Source: Thermoanaerobaculia bacterium (GTDB lineage Bacteria; Acidobacteriota; Thermoanaerobaculia; Gp7-AA8). From it: 64,000 nt of DNA. The stretch lies in contig OY970380.1 of assembly GCA_963719365.1 (NCBI GenBank), forward strand, positions 1,038,903 to 1,102,902, read 5' to 3'. The first letter of the stretch is position 1. Every line of letters starts with the position of its first letter. Below are positions 19,701 to 28,213 of the stretch, one piece after another. Below the pieces are notes generated by a model, which saw nothing but the letters and a program-made list of their open reading frames with translations, ran no database searches and had not been told where the DNA came from. The position numbers and the translations under genes were made by a program.

Positions 19701-20591
19701 GAAACACTGATCAAGAGCGCCGATACGTCGATGTATCAGGCCAAAGAGCAAGGCCGCGACAATTACCAGCTCTTCAATGCCTCGGTCAATGCAAGAGCCT
19801 TACAGCGCATTGCACTGGAGCACGGCCTGCGCCGCTCCCTCTCGCACAATGAACTGGCCGTACATTACCAGCCAATTTTCGACCTACGTACGAACCGCAT
19901 CACCGGCGTCGAAGCGCTCCTGCGCTGGACCGATCCCGAAATGGGCAACATTCCGCCAGCAACGTTCATCCCGATCGCCGAAGCCATCGGCATGATGATT
20001 CCGATCGGAACGTGGGCATTACGCGAGGCCTGCATCCAGGCCAAGAATTGGCACGACGCCGGCTTTAACACGCTGTCGCTCGCAGTAAACCTTTCGGTCG
20101 TCCAATTACAACAGATCGATCTGACGGAAATCGTCCGCGACATTCTCGCCGAAACCGGCCTGCCGCCTCGCCTGCTGGAGCTCGAGATCACCGAGTCCGG
20201 CGCCATGCTCAGCCCCGAATTGAGCATCCGCACACTCTATGACTTGAAGAAACTCGGCATCCGCATTTCCCTCGACGACTTCGGCACCGGCCACTCATCG
20301 CTCGCCTATTTGAAGCGCTTCCCGATCGACACGCTCAAGATCGACCAATCCTTCGTCCACGACATCACAAGAGACCCCGACACGGCCGCCATCGTCACCG
20401 CCATCATCGCCATGGGCCACAGCCTCCGCCTCAAAGTGATCGCCGAAGGCGTCGAATTCACCGACCAGGCCGTCTTCCTGAAACGCCACAACTGCGACCA
20501 AATGCAAGGCTACCTGATCAACGTGCCAATGCCGGCCGAGGAGCTGAGCGCAATATTGGCTGTGGGCGAGGCTAAGGCGGATGTGAGGTAG
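16794..20591 (+). CDS. Multi-sensor PAS/GAF - GGDEF - EAL signalling protein (about 1266 aa)
   Basis: Several PAS repeats (e.g. HDVTERK, FDITERK, TDITERK, RDVTERT boundaries), GGDEF active-site RLGGDEF, EAL domain (EALLRW, DDFGTGHSSLAYL, KIDQSFV, AEGVEF, QGY). Start set at ATG 16794; the longer ORF from 16494 overlaps the M50 gene. Confidence 0.9.
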   Translation: MEVHPPHLAHARSALAKWLRGGRTRASHESLRTTVAILRAQQEATLDGILVVDDKGAILSYNRRFLEMWGIPEDAAKAADDNELLGFASEKVKDWDEFIELVNHLYTHPDEVRGDDTVVLKDGRVLSRSSVPIVSGRRIRGRAWYFHDVTESVRNEAMQSALFRIATLSREARNLKEFYGAVHRVVAGLMEATNFYIAEYDAERDIVTFPYFVDQFDAIAPEGRPVGHGLTAYVLRTGKPLLATPEEFEDLKKSGEVESIGAPSVDWLGVPLATGDRTWGVLGAQTYDESVRYTERDRDLLVFVAQHVASAVEQKRQEDAVRESERRYRQMFENNRAVQILLHPDTGAIVDANVAAVEFYGWDLDTLRSMHIWEINTLDEEAIRREMVNASQQKRSYFVFQHRLANGDLRDVEVHSGPIVTGGRTLLYSIIHDVTERKIAEEALLLSEQKYRNIVDYASVGIYRSTPAGKILMANPALARILGYDSTDELQGRNLATDVYLDERERTNALERFAANDFTIEQELLWRKKDGTPIWVQLNAHAIDLQAGAEVFEGFVFDITERKLADQQVAAANAQRKAVLDAATRVSIIATNPSGIITVFNSGAERMLGYSASDVIGVRNITELHLEAELDQHARRLAFELGEKLTGFEVLVRRAAREGLEEREWTYIREDREPLTVLLSVTALRDEHGHLTGYLHVGTDITERKVAEETLRQQTAAMTASMDGIGILDGRLDFTYVNDALAKLFGYHDPQELTGRSICDLYEPPEQVRVITSVVPLVQQRGRWRGEATGVRNDGTTFPLEISLTAIDGGGMVCVVRDVTERTYAEEQIKHLAYHDALTTLPNRLLFKDRVTVSISHAQRHNGRVAVLFLDLDRFKVINDSLGHSIGDQLLQSVAARVQSCVRDSDTVARLGGDEFTLLLPDLVHAEDAAVVAQKILEAVRYPFHIEGREFYITTSIGISVYPEDGPDAETLIKSADTSMYQAKEQGRDNYQLFNASVNARALQRIALEHGLRRSLSHNELAVHYQPIFDLRTNRITGVEALLRWTDPEMGNIPPATFIPIAEAIGMMIPIGTWALREACIQAKNWHDAGFNTLSLAVNLSVVQLQQIDLTEIVRDILAETGLPPRLLELEITESGAMLSPELSIRTLYDLKKLGIRISLDDFGTGHSSLAYLKRFPIDTLKIDQSFVHDITRDPDTAAIVTAIIAMGHSLRLKVIAEGVEFTDQAVFLKRHNCDQMQGYLINVPMPAEELSAILAVGEAKADVR

Positions 20592-20980
20592 GAGTTGCGC
20601 AGTTGGGACGGAACGCCGCCGTCCCGGCGGTTGGCCGGTGGCGTCTCGCCGCCGCGCGTGCACGAAAGAACGCTCTCAGGACACGACATCCGAATAGCGG
20701 CGCATCGCAAGGTATCGACGACGCTGATCCACACTCACGTTCTGAGAAGGGAGCAGGCAGCATACAAAGCCACCTGTATCCGCCACGAGCACTCGCGCCG
20801 CCTTCCGCACCCGTTGCGGCCCGCGCACGCGATCACCCGAATCATCCTATTCCACACGCCTCCGCCAAGCCGCAATTCCCTTGGGGCAGACTGGGGAGCG
20901 ACACCGGAAATCCTCACGCTTTCCAGCGGAACGCGCTAATGTGAATACTTGCGCTCGGCGGTTGAAAGGAATGTGACCTG

Positions 20981-22366
20981 ATGCGGTGTCAGCGTACGTC
21001 CCGTGTCGTTCTCGCGTTGGTCCTAGGAACAGCAGCGATTCTAGGCCAGTGGTCAGTTGCTCATGCAAGCATTGACACTATCGGCCCAAGGGGTACCCGT
21101 GTGTACTTTGCTCGTGCCGCTACCGTAGATGAGCCCCCATACGTCAAAGATACGTACACGCTCCTATCTGTATACTTAACCGCGCGAGGCTACACAGTTA
21201 CCAGCGTACGCTCTGCTGATTTTCGCCAGATTCTGAAGAATAACGCCGCGTTTGTGATCATAGTCAGCGGGACCTCGCGTCACGTAACTGGGGAAGTATT
21301 TGTCAGGACCGATGACAATCCGCGGTTGTTCCGCGAAGATGCACCCGACGCGGAGGGCAAACTTGCCGCGACCGTCTTCCGATACATCACGGTCACTCCG
21401 TTAGATACTCGGCAAACATACGGTAGCTTCCCCATCACGGCGACTACTCCGACAGCTCTCGCAACGAGTGAAACGGCCGAAGACCTAAGACGCTTGGCGG
21501 CGCGCCAACTTCAGCAGCAACGGTACGAGGAAGCACTGGATCTCTATCGTAGCGCGGATCTTCAGTCGCCACCGGGCAACGATGACCTGTTTAACGTTGC
21601 TGCTTGCCTCGACAATCTTAACAGGAAATCAGAGGCGCAAGGTATTCTCGAGCAGATTTATCGCCAAGATCCTGACCACGAAGAAGCAGCGCTTTCCCTG
21701 GCCAATCACTATCTTGACGAGAAGCGATTTACAGAAGCAATCGCGATCTATTCTCGCTGGTCGGACTCTCCGAGAAACGGTCCCGTCGCGCGTTTTAATC
21801 TAGGAATTGCATATTGGCAGAGTGGAAACCTTAGCCGGGCGCGCGAACAAATGGCGACGATAGCGCCAAACGACAGGCTATATGATGAAGCAGCGCGCAA
21901 TCTTATCGTAATCGACCGCCTAATCGCAGACGCTAACCGTCCTCATCCTGCCGCGTCGAAGAAGCACGCCATCTCTTCCGCGATCGATCCTATTTTGAAG
22001 TACTGGACGCCGATTGTGGTAGGCGTCCCCCTCATCGCACTAATTGTTTTCCGCCAACGCGTGCGCCCTTCGATCGTAGTAGAACTAGCGGTAGCAGACA
22101 GCGGCAGGTCGATTCGGGTACGCAATACGTCGGCGGCCGACGTGGCGGTGTTTGACCTCAAGATCGATGTCTATGCCTCCAAAACAGATGGCGAACAAGA
22201 GCTTGCATCGTTGACTTCTGACCTCCGCGCCGATGGCGAGTGTCTTGTGCCAATCACCGCGGAAGCGGAAGGGATTCGCGTAGCGTTAGCTGGTGTTTAC
22301 TACCTGTTTCCCAAGGTCCGCGTCGGAGCATTCCGTTTCCGGAAGGTTGTTCTCCTCGTCCGTTAG
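20981..22366 (+). CDS. TPR-repeat protein with signal peptide and one internal TM segment
   Basis: Signal peptide, TPR-like helical repeats (YEEALDLYRSA.., AQGILEQIYRQDP.., FTEAIAIYSRW..), hydrophobic segment IVVGVPLIALIVF. Lower GC than surroundings. Confidence 0.65.
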   Translation: MRCQRTSRVVLALVLGTAAILGQWSVAHASIDTIGPRGTRVYFARAATVDEPPYVKDTYTLLSVYLTARGYTVTSVRSADFRQILKNNAAFVIIVSGTSRHVTGEVFVRTDDNPRLFREDAPDAEGKLAATVFRYITVTPLDTRQTYGSFPITATTPTALATSETAEDLRRLAARQLQQQRYEEALDLYRSADLQSPPGNDDLFNVAACLDNLNRKSEAQGILEQIYRQDPDHEEAALSLANHYLDEKRFTEAIAIYSRWSDSPRNGPVARFNLGIAYWQSGNLSRAREQMATIAPNDRLYDEAARNLIVIDRLIADANRPHPAASKKHAISSAIDPILKYWTPIVVGVPLIALIVFRQRVRPSIVVELAVADSGRSIRVRNTSAADVAVFDLKIDVYASKTDGEQELASLTSDLRADGECLVPITAEAEGIRVALAGVYYLFPKVRVGAFRFRKVVLLVR

Positions 22367-22482
22367 CCAGTTGATCGTCCGGCCGCCCAACTCCTGAGCC
22401 GCCCGAGGAGTGATCGGCCCGGAACTTGGCCACTGAAGTGGGCAGGGCTGAGCGCTGGACAGTCACGGCGCAATCGCTATAG

Positions 22483-22926
22483 TTGAGGCTATATATGTCC
22501 CACCGTAGCGGATTTCTATCGCGTCTGCTGGCCGTCTTTCTCCTGATCCCTGCATTCGCCGCATGCGCTCACGGGCCGAGTCAACCTTCCACGCCAACAC
22601 CTTCCGCCGAGATACCCGGTCCGTATGAGGGGCAGCTCGTCATCGCGCGAGTGGAACGTCTCGAGTTCAAAGTCCATGAAGAGTTTTTATCGGACGGTGG
22701 CGTCATCGTCTCGAACCTCGTGGCGTTCGCCATCGTGACGCCCGAGGGCTTCGATACCCTGCTCTTCGCGCACGTCAGGGACCATCCTCACATTGGCGAT
22801 CGTCCAATCCTACTGGGCGACGCGGTGACCTTCGTGCTGCCCCGCAACTGGAGGAATCGAGATCTGTCGCTCGATGAGCTCGACGGCCTTGCATTTGTCA
22901 ATAAAGGGTCGTCACAAGAGCCGTGA
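22483..22926 (+). CDS. Hypothetical lipoprotein
   Basis: Lipobox-like LIPAFAAC after hydrophobic leader; no recognisable domain. Confidence 0.5.
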   Translation: MRLYMSHRSGFLSRLLAVFLLIPAFAACAHGPSQPSTPTPSAEIPGPYEGQLVIARVERLEFKVHEEFLSDGGVIVSNLVAFAIVTPEGFDTLLFAHVRDHPHIGDRPILLGDAVTFVLPRNWRNRDLSLDELDGLAFVNKGSSQEP

Positions 22927-23082
22927 TCAATAGAGCTGGCGCGCGTTACGATATCGCTTTGCGGCCGCACTGTGGAGGCTCCCGGTCGTTTGGGCGTCAT
23001 GGCCAGCAGGTGAATTCGCATGCGCGACCTCATTTCCGCTTTCTGGCAATGGGTCCGACGCTAGCCATTAGAAGGTGAGCGC

Positions 23083-23445
23083 ATGGCGTATTTCTTCATC
23101 CTGCCCGCTTTCGTTATCTGGTTGGTCGTGGCGGCGATCGGACTCGTGATCGTCCGTACGAGCAGCCGGCTTTCTCGCGCGTACCCATACGCTTGGCGTG
23201 TCGTTCTCTGGTCGACTGCCGGTTTCTCCGTCGCAAATGTCTTTCTGGTCGTGGCCGTTGCCGGTATCGCCAATATGCTCGGCCCAGGATCGCCCGAGCG
23301 CACATTCGCGAACGATGCGCTGCAACTGATCGTGGGTCTCGGAGCGATCGTGGGCCCTATACCTGCGTCACTCGCTGGCTGGCTAGGGGGAGCTGCAGTT
23401 GGAGCGCTTCTGGCCCGGCGCGCGCGACGAAAAGTCGTCGTCTAA
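23083..23445 (+). CDS. Hypothetical small membrane protein (3-4 TM)
   Basis: Strongly hydrophobic 120-aa ORF. GTGAGCGCATGG RBS context. Confidence 0.5.
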   Translation: MAYFFILPAFVIWLVVAAIGLVIVRTSSRLSRAYPYAWRVVLWSTAGFSVANVFLVVAVAGIANMLGPGSPERTFANDALQLIVGLGAIVGPIPASLAGWLGGAAVGALLARRARRKVVV

Positions 23446-23511
23446 CTCGGTGCTGGACCAGACTGGGAGCGCGTTGCCCGTCACAAGAGCGTACTATTTC
23501 GCTCGCGGGCC

Positions 23512-24111
23512 ATGCCACTAGAGCGCAGGTCCGTTGGGCGGCAGAGGCGAACGATGATGGTCACTATGGCGGTTCCGGACGTAACACTTCCTCCGACATG
23601 GCCCTTGGGCGATCTCCGGCTTCGCCCGCTCCGGGCCGGCGATGCGCCCGGGTGGCTTGCATACCTCTCCGATCCGGCCGTCATCGAGCACACAAGCTTT
23701 CCAGAACTTGACCTGGCGGGTGTCGAAGCCATGATCTCCAGCCAAATAGCGGGCTATGCGTCGGGTTCGTCGTGTCGCTGGGCTCTTGCGGACCGCAGCG
23801 ACCGGCTCATCGGCACCTGCGGCTTTTCGAATTGGTCGCTACCGCATGCACACGCGGAGCTGGTCTACGATCTGGCTCCGGCCTTCTGGCGCCAAGGTCT
23901 GATGGGCAGTGCCGTCGGTCGAGTGATTGCCTGGGCGTTCGACACCGCACGGTTCAACCGCGTGCATGCGTTTGTCATGACCAGCAATACACCATCGATC
24001 CGGCTCCTCGAGTCCCTCGGCTTTCAGCGTGAAGGTACGCTGCATCAGTACCGCATCGCCAGGGGAATCGCGCGAGACTTCCACGTGTACGCATTGCTTA
24101 ACTCCCGCTAA
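23512..24111 (+). CDS. GNAT family N-acetyltransferase (RimJ/RimL-like)
   Basis: LRPLRAGDAPGWLAYLSDP..., CGFSNWSLPHAHAELVYDLAPAFWRQGLMGSAV... is the acetyl-CoA binding region pattern. Alternative start 23554. Confidence 0.75.
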   Translation: MPLERRSVGRQRRTMMVTMAVPDVTLPPTWPLGDLRLRPLRAGDAPGWLAYLSDPAVIEHTSFPELDLAGVEAMISSQIAGYASGSSCRWALADRSDRLIGTCGFSNWSLPHAHAELVYDLAPAFWRQGLMGSAVGRVIAWAFDTARFNRVHAFVMTSNTPSIRLLESLGFQREGTLHQYRIARGIARDFHVYALLNSR

Positions 24112-24144
24112 GCTGATACCGCGTTTCCGCCGCAGCAGCCCCGC

Positions 24145-24348
24145 CTATTCTTTGTATTCCAAAATATCTCCAGGCTGGCATTCGAGCGCGTTGCAAATCG
24201 CTTCCAGTGTCGATAGACGGATTGCCTTGGCCTTGCCGTTTTTCAACACGGAGATATTCGCCATCGTGATGCCTACTTTTTCGGCGAGCGTGGTCACACT
24301 CATTTTTCTCTTCGCCAGCATAACGTCGATGTTGATGATGATTGGCAT
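24145..24348 (-). CDS. Cro/C1-type (YozG-like) HTH transcriptional regulator
   Basis: MSVTTLAEKVGITMANISVLKNGKAKAIRLSTLEAICNALECQPGDILEY is a canonical small XRE-like HTH that pairs with DUF2975. Confidence 0.8.
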   Translation of the reverse strand: MPIIINIDVMLAKRKMSVTTLAEKVGITMANISVLKNGKAKAIRLSTLEAICNALECQPGDILEYKE

Positions 24349-24352
24349 CGTT

Positions 24353-24853
24353 CTATACCGTTAAGTCGTTCTCGGACTTTATGTCCACGGCATTTTGCAA
24401 AAGCCTCTCAAACACAGCGGCTGCGGTGCCGATTACAGAAGAGAGAAAAATCATCATCAGACCCATGGCCACGCCACCTGCGATGTCATCCTTGTGGCGC
24501 ACAAAGATGAACAGGTACGCGACAGCCGCTCCAATCATCGTGGCCAGTGCGATTGCGCAGTATTTTATGATTCGCAGAGCCCTGACCGAATCCAGTGAGA
24601 ATACTTGATTGCGCCTGATGTAACCCAATAACGTGAACGCCTGGAAGAGCGCCACGAAAAACGCAATCGACGCCAAATATGCGTACGCCAGAAAGGGATC
24701 TTTGAAGTAGATTTCAAAGGTTGTGGCGTGCGCGTTTCTGCCCTCGAGATGCGGTTCCCAAAGCATGAGAGCAAGAGCGCCGATGCCGATGAGCACAATG
24801 ACAGCCTGAAGAAAAATTGTCGGGATTCGCTTTGTCGATGCCGGTGTGTTCAT
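24353..24853 (-). CDS. DUF2975-like multi-TM membrane protein (partner of YozG-like HTH)
   Basis: Four hydrophobic helices; gene order (membrane protein then HTH, 4-nt spacing) matches the widespread DUF2975/HTH pair. Confidence 0.65.
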   Translation of the reverse strand: MNTPASTKRIPTIFLQAVIVLIGIGALALMLWEPHLEGRNAHATTFEIYFKDPFLAYAYLASIAFFVALFQAFTLLGYIRRNQVFSLDSVRALRIIKYCAIALATMIGAAVAYLFIFVRHKDDIAGGVAMGLMMIFLSSVIGTAAAVFERLLQNAVDIKSENDLTV

Positions 24854-24944
24854 ACCTCTGCATCGTAGTTCGCGATTTATCGTTTGTCAATATGTTTTTA
24901 TCGTTACTTGCAACCAGCGATCGCTCAGTTCCCGCACCGAGGTC

Positions 24945-25033
24945 TACAACTCACGCGAAGACGCGAAGGCGCGAAGATCAAAGGGCAGGGCTCCCTTCGC
25001 GTCCTCGCGCCTTCGCGTGAGCGCCTTCGCGTG
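24945..25033. repeat. CTTCGCG-heptamer palindromic repeat copy
   Basis: cacgcgaagacgcgaaggcgcgaaga-[19 nt]-ttcgcgtcctcgcgccttcgcgtgagcgccttcgcgtgac. Inverted arms of the same unit seen at 15722-15785. Confidence 0.5.
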
Positions 25034-25035
25034 AC

Positions 25036-27150
25036 CTACTTCCGCCAGCCCCGCACCTTTTCCGCGACCGCCTCGGGTGTGAATCCGAAATGCGTTTCGA
25101 GATCGGCCAGTGGCGCAGAAGCGCCGAAGCGGTCGACGCCGATGACCAGGGCGTCGTGGTTGACGTACTTGTACCAGCCGGAGGAGCGGCCGGCTTCGAT
25201 GGCGACGATGCGGCTGCGGTCGCCGAGGATTTCGTTCTGGTAGTCAACAGGTTGACGATCGAAGAGGTCGAGCGATGGCGCGGAGACGACGCGGGCTCGA
25301 ATCCCTTCCTTGCGCAGCAGCTCGGCGGTGCGGACGGCCAGTGTCACTTCGGAGCCCGTGGCGATGAAGGTGAAGTCGCCGTCGGTGTAGCCGTCGAGCA
25401 CGTACGCGCCCTTCCAGACCTCGTGCGGATCGAAATCGGCGCCGTGAGGGATGATGTCGACCTTCTGCCGGGTGAACACGAGCAGCGTCGGGCCTTCGTG
25501 TTTGCTGCCGATCGCGTACGCCCACGCCATCCCCGTCTCCATGCCGTCAGCCGGCCGGAAGAGCGTCATGTTCGGGATCAGGCGGAGCGCGAAAAGCTGC
25601 TCGACTGATTGATGGGTTGGACCGTCTTCCCCGAGGAAGATGGAATCGTGCGTGTAGACGAAGATCGACGGGATCTTCATCAGCGCCGCCAGACGAATGG
25701 CCGGGCGCATGTAGTCCGAGAAAATCAGGAACGTCGAGCCGTGCGCGCGCAACGGACCGTAAAGAGTCATGCCGTTGATCTCCGCGCCCATCGAATGCTC
25801 GCGAATGCCGAAGTGCAGGTTCTTGCCTTTGAACTCATCGAACGGCGGCGGATCGTTTGTGTCGCCCTTGGCGCGCTCGATCGAACCGCCATTCTTGAAG
25901 TTCGTTTTCGTCGATGAGGCAAGATCGGCCGCGCCGCCGACGACGAACGGAGCGATCTCGCCGATTTTCTGGATTACCTGATTCGACAGCTCGCGCGTCG
26001 CGATCGCCTTGTCGGTCTTCCCCGCCTCGGCCAACTGCAGTTCGTAACCTTCCGGCAGCGCGTGCGACCAGTAGCCGTCCCACTCCGCGGCCAGTTGCGG
26101 ATTGCGCGCGCGCCAGTCCGCCATTCCTTTGTCCCAATGCTTACGCGCGCGAGCGAGTTTCTTCACCTTGCGCGTGAACTCGGCTTGCACTTCGTCGGGG
26201 ATGTAGAACGTTGGCTCCGCCGGCCATCCGAGCGCCACTTTCGTCGCCGCGGTTTCCTCGGGACCGAGAGGTTCGCCGTGCGCGCGCGAGGTGCCGTGAA
26301 ACTTCGGACTCCCCTGCCCGATCACCGTCTTGGCCATGATCATCGACGGCTTGTCGGTCACCTTCTGCGCTTTACGAATCGCTTTGCGGACGGCATCGCG
26401 ATCGTGGCCGTCGATCTTCTGCACATGCCAGTGCGCCGCTTCGAATCGTTTCTTCACATCCTCGGACATCGACAAGCGCTTGTCGCCATCGAGCGTGACG
26501 TCGTTGTCGTCGTAGAGGTAGATCAGATTGCCGAGGCCGAGGTGACCGGCGAGCGACGCGGCCTCGGAACTGATGCCTTCTTCGAGATCGCCGTCGGAAC
26601 AGATGACGTAGATCCAGTTCTGGACGGGCTTGAACGGATCGTCGGTGTTGAAACGCGCCGCCATCATCTTCGAGGCGATGCCCATCCCTACGCCGTTCGC
26701 GAATCCCTGGCCGAGCGGACCGGTCGTGACTTCGATGCCGGGCGCGTCGCCATATTCAGGATGTCCGGCGGTCTTCGAGCCCCACTGCCGGAAGCTCTTC
26801 AACTGATCGATCGTCATCTCCGGATAGCCGGTGAGATGCAGCAACGAGTAGAGCAGCATCGATGCGTGACCGGCGGACAAAACGAAACGGTCGCGGTCCT
26901 GCCACGATGGCTGCTTCGGATCGTGACGCATGAAATCGGTCCAGAGAACGAAGGCCATGTCAGCCATGCCCATCGGCGCGCCGGGATGGCCGGACTTCGC
27001 CTTCTCGACGCCGTCGATGGCGAGGAAGCGGATCGTGTTGACGCAAAGCTCTTCCAGCTTGTCTTTCGTTCCGATCTTCGGCTCGTTGTGCGATTCCGCT
27101 TCCGCGATGGCGGCGCTGGCCTCTGCCGCACCGCCTGTCTGTTCGTCCAT
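25036..27150 (-). CDS. tkt: Transketolase
   Basis: N-terminus aligns to TktA (..IDGVEKAKSGHPGAPMGMADMAFVLW..); TPP/pyrimidine-binding and C-terminal domains present. Start set at ATG 27150 with GGAGG RBS; the longer ORF to 27450 is a non-homologous extension. Confidence 0.95.
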   Translation of the reverse strand: MDEQTGGAAEASAAIAEAESHNEPKIGTKDKLEELCVNTIRFLAIDGVEKAKSGHPGAPMGMADMAFVLWTDFMRHDPKQPSWQDRDRFVLSAGHASMLLYSLLHLTGYPEMTIDQLKSFRQWGSKTAGHPEYGDAPGIEVTTGPLGQGFANGVGMGIASKMMAARFNTDDPFKPVQNWIYVICSDGDLEEGISSEAASLAGHLGLGNLIYLYDDNDVTLDGDKRLSMSEDVKKRFEAAHWHVQKIDGHDRDAVRKAIRKAQKVTDKPSMIMAKTVIGQGSPKFHGTSRAHGEPLGPEETAATKVALGWPAEPTFYIPDEVQAEFTRKVKKLARARKHWDKGMADWRARNPQLAAEWDGYWSHALPEGYELQLAEAGKTDKAIATRELSNQVIQKIGEIAPFVVGGAADLASSTKTNFKNGGSIERAKGDTNDPPPFDEFKGKNLHFGIREHSMGAEINGMTLYGPLRAHGSTFLIFSDYMRPAIRLAALMKIPSIFVYTHDSIFLGEDGPTHQSVEQLFALRLIPNMTLFRPADGMETGMAWAYAIGSKHEGPTLLVFTRQKVDIIPHGADFDPHEVWKGAYVLDGYTDGDFTFIATGSEVTLAVRTAELLRKEGIRARVVSAPSLDLFDRQPVDYQNEILGDRSRIVAIEAGRSSGWYKYVNHDALVIGVDRFGASAPLADLETHFGFTPEAVAEKVRGWRK

Positions 27151-27295
27151 GTTGCCTCCGATGCGCGGCTTGCGTGCGGAGGTTCCGCGTTGCTGCCGGA
27201 ACGCCGTCCGCTGCCCGCGGGAGCGTGGATTATACTCAGCGCATCCGGTCAAACTCGCAGCGAGTGGAGGACTTCCCTGGCACGAGATGAGAGCG

Positions 27296-27846
27296 TCACC
27301 GTCAAAGGCTCGCCGGTTCGCAGCCTGCAGAAATTTCTCGAAGCGGAGCTTTCCGCCGAGCAGCGCACGGCCGCGTTGCAAACGCTTCCCGCCGAGTACG
27401 CCAAACGATTGGGCGGCATCGTGCTGGCCACCGAGACGATCCCCGTCCACATTCTCAATGAGCTGACCGCCGAGGCCGCGAAGGCGAAAGGCGAGCCGGT
27501 GGAACAGTTCGCCCGGCGCGCGGGACGCGAGGGAGCGTCGGATGCAGTCAAAGGCATCTACCGATTCTTCGCGCTGATCCTCACGCCGGCGGCGCTGATC
27601 AGCAAGGCTTCGAGCATGTGGAGCACGCTCTACAACCGCGGGCAGATCCGCATCGAGAATCAGACCGATCGCGGCGCGACGATCAAGCTGCTCGACTTTC
27701 CATCCGAGACCGCCGGCTGCGCGCGCATCACCGGATGGATCGAGCGCATGGCCGAATTAACCGGCGTGAAGGACGTGCGCGTCCAGCAAACGCAGTGCTA
27801 CGCGAAGGGAGCGCCGCATTGCGAGTGGAACGTGAGCTGGAAGTGA
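27296..27846 (+). CDS. Hypothetical protein (possibly V4R/TIGR02265-like small-ligand binding protein); start uncertain
   Basis: Only the 3' third of the long + ORF 26062-27846 lies outside the antisense of tkt. C-terminus has paired Cys (CYAKGAPHCEW). No in-frame ATG; GTG/TTG starts at 27422/27377 are possible. Confidence 0.4.
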
Positions 27847-27897
27847 GGCATCAATGATTGCCTTCGGCGTTATGGGTTCTCGATAGATCAAATCACA

Positions 27898-28213
27898 GTA
27901 GCCCTGTCCAAAACAGGTCACCCTGGAAGGGTGAATGACGGTAGCCGGTGGCCGCGCCGGAGGTGCTGCCACCGGTAACAGTCGCGGCAAAGCAGCACCC
28001 CGGAGGGGGTGCGTGAAGAGCCACGATCAGCCTATCTGTGAGGAGCAAGGCGCCTCGGAGAGAAGGCCTTTCGACGCAGTCTTTTTGAATGTTCACGCAC
28101 CCCTGCCGGGGTGCTTTGAATGCGCGCGATTGTTCCGGTGGCAGCGCCTCCGGCGCGGCCACCGGCTACCTTCATTCACCCTTCCAGGGTGACCTGTTTT
28201 GGACGGGGCTACT
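27898..28213. mobile_element. MITE-like element (about 316 bp) with about 75-bp terminal inverted repeats and an internal nested palindrome
   Basis: Left arm ccctgtccaaaacaggtcaccctggaagggtgaatgacggtagccggtggccgcgccggaggtgctgccaccgg is about 96% identical to the reverse complement of 28135-28210. Inner pair gcaccccggagggggtgcgtg / cacgcacccctgccggggtgc. No transposase ORF. Confidence 0.5.

Noticed and set aside
22483-22494. Choice between ATG 22483 and ATG 22495 for the lipoprotein
   Set aside because: Cannot be resolved from sequence alone; the longer ORF was kept.
26062-27295. 5' two-thirds of the 594-aa + ORF
   Set aside because: Antisense to transketolase; only the 3' portion beyond the tkt start was kept as a tentative gene.
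27893-28200. ORFs 27893-28162 (-) and 5' end of 28089-29342 (+) encoding the same peptide
   Set aside because: Artefact of the about 75-bp inverted repeats of the MITE-like element.
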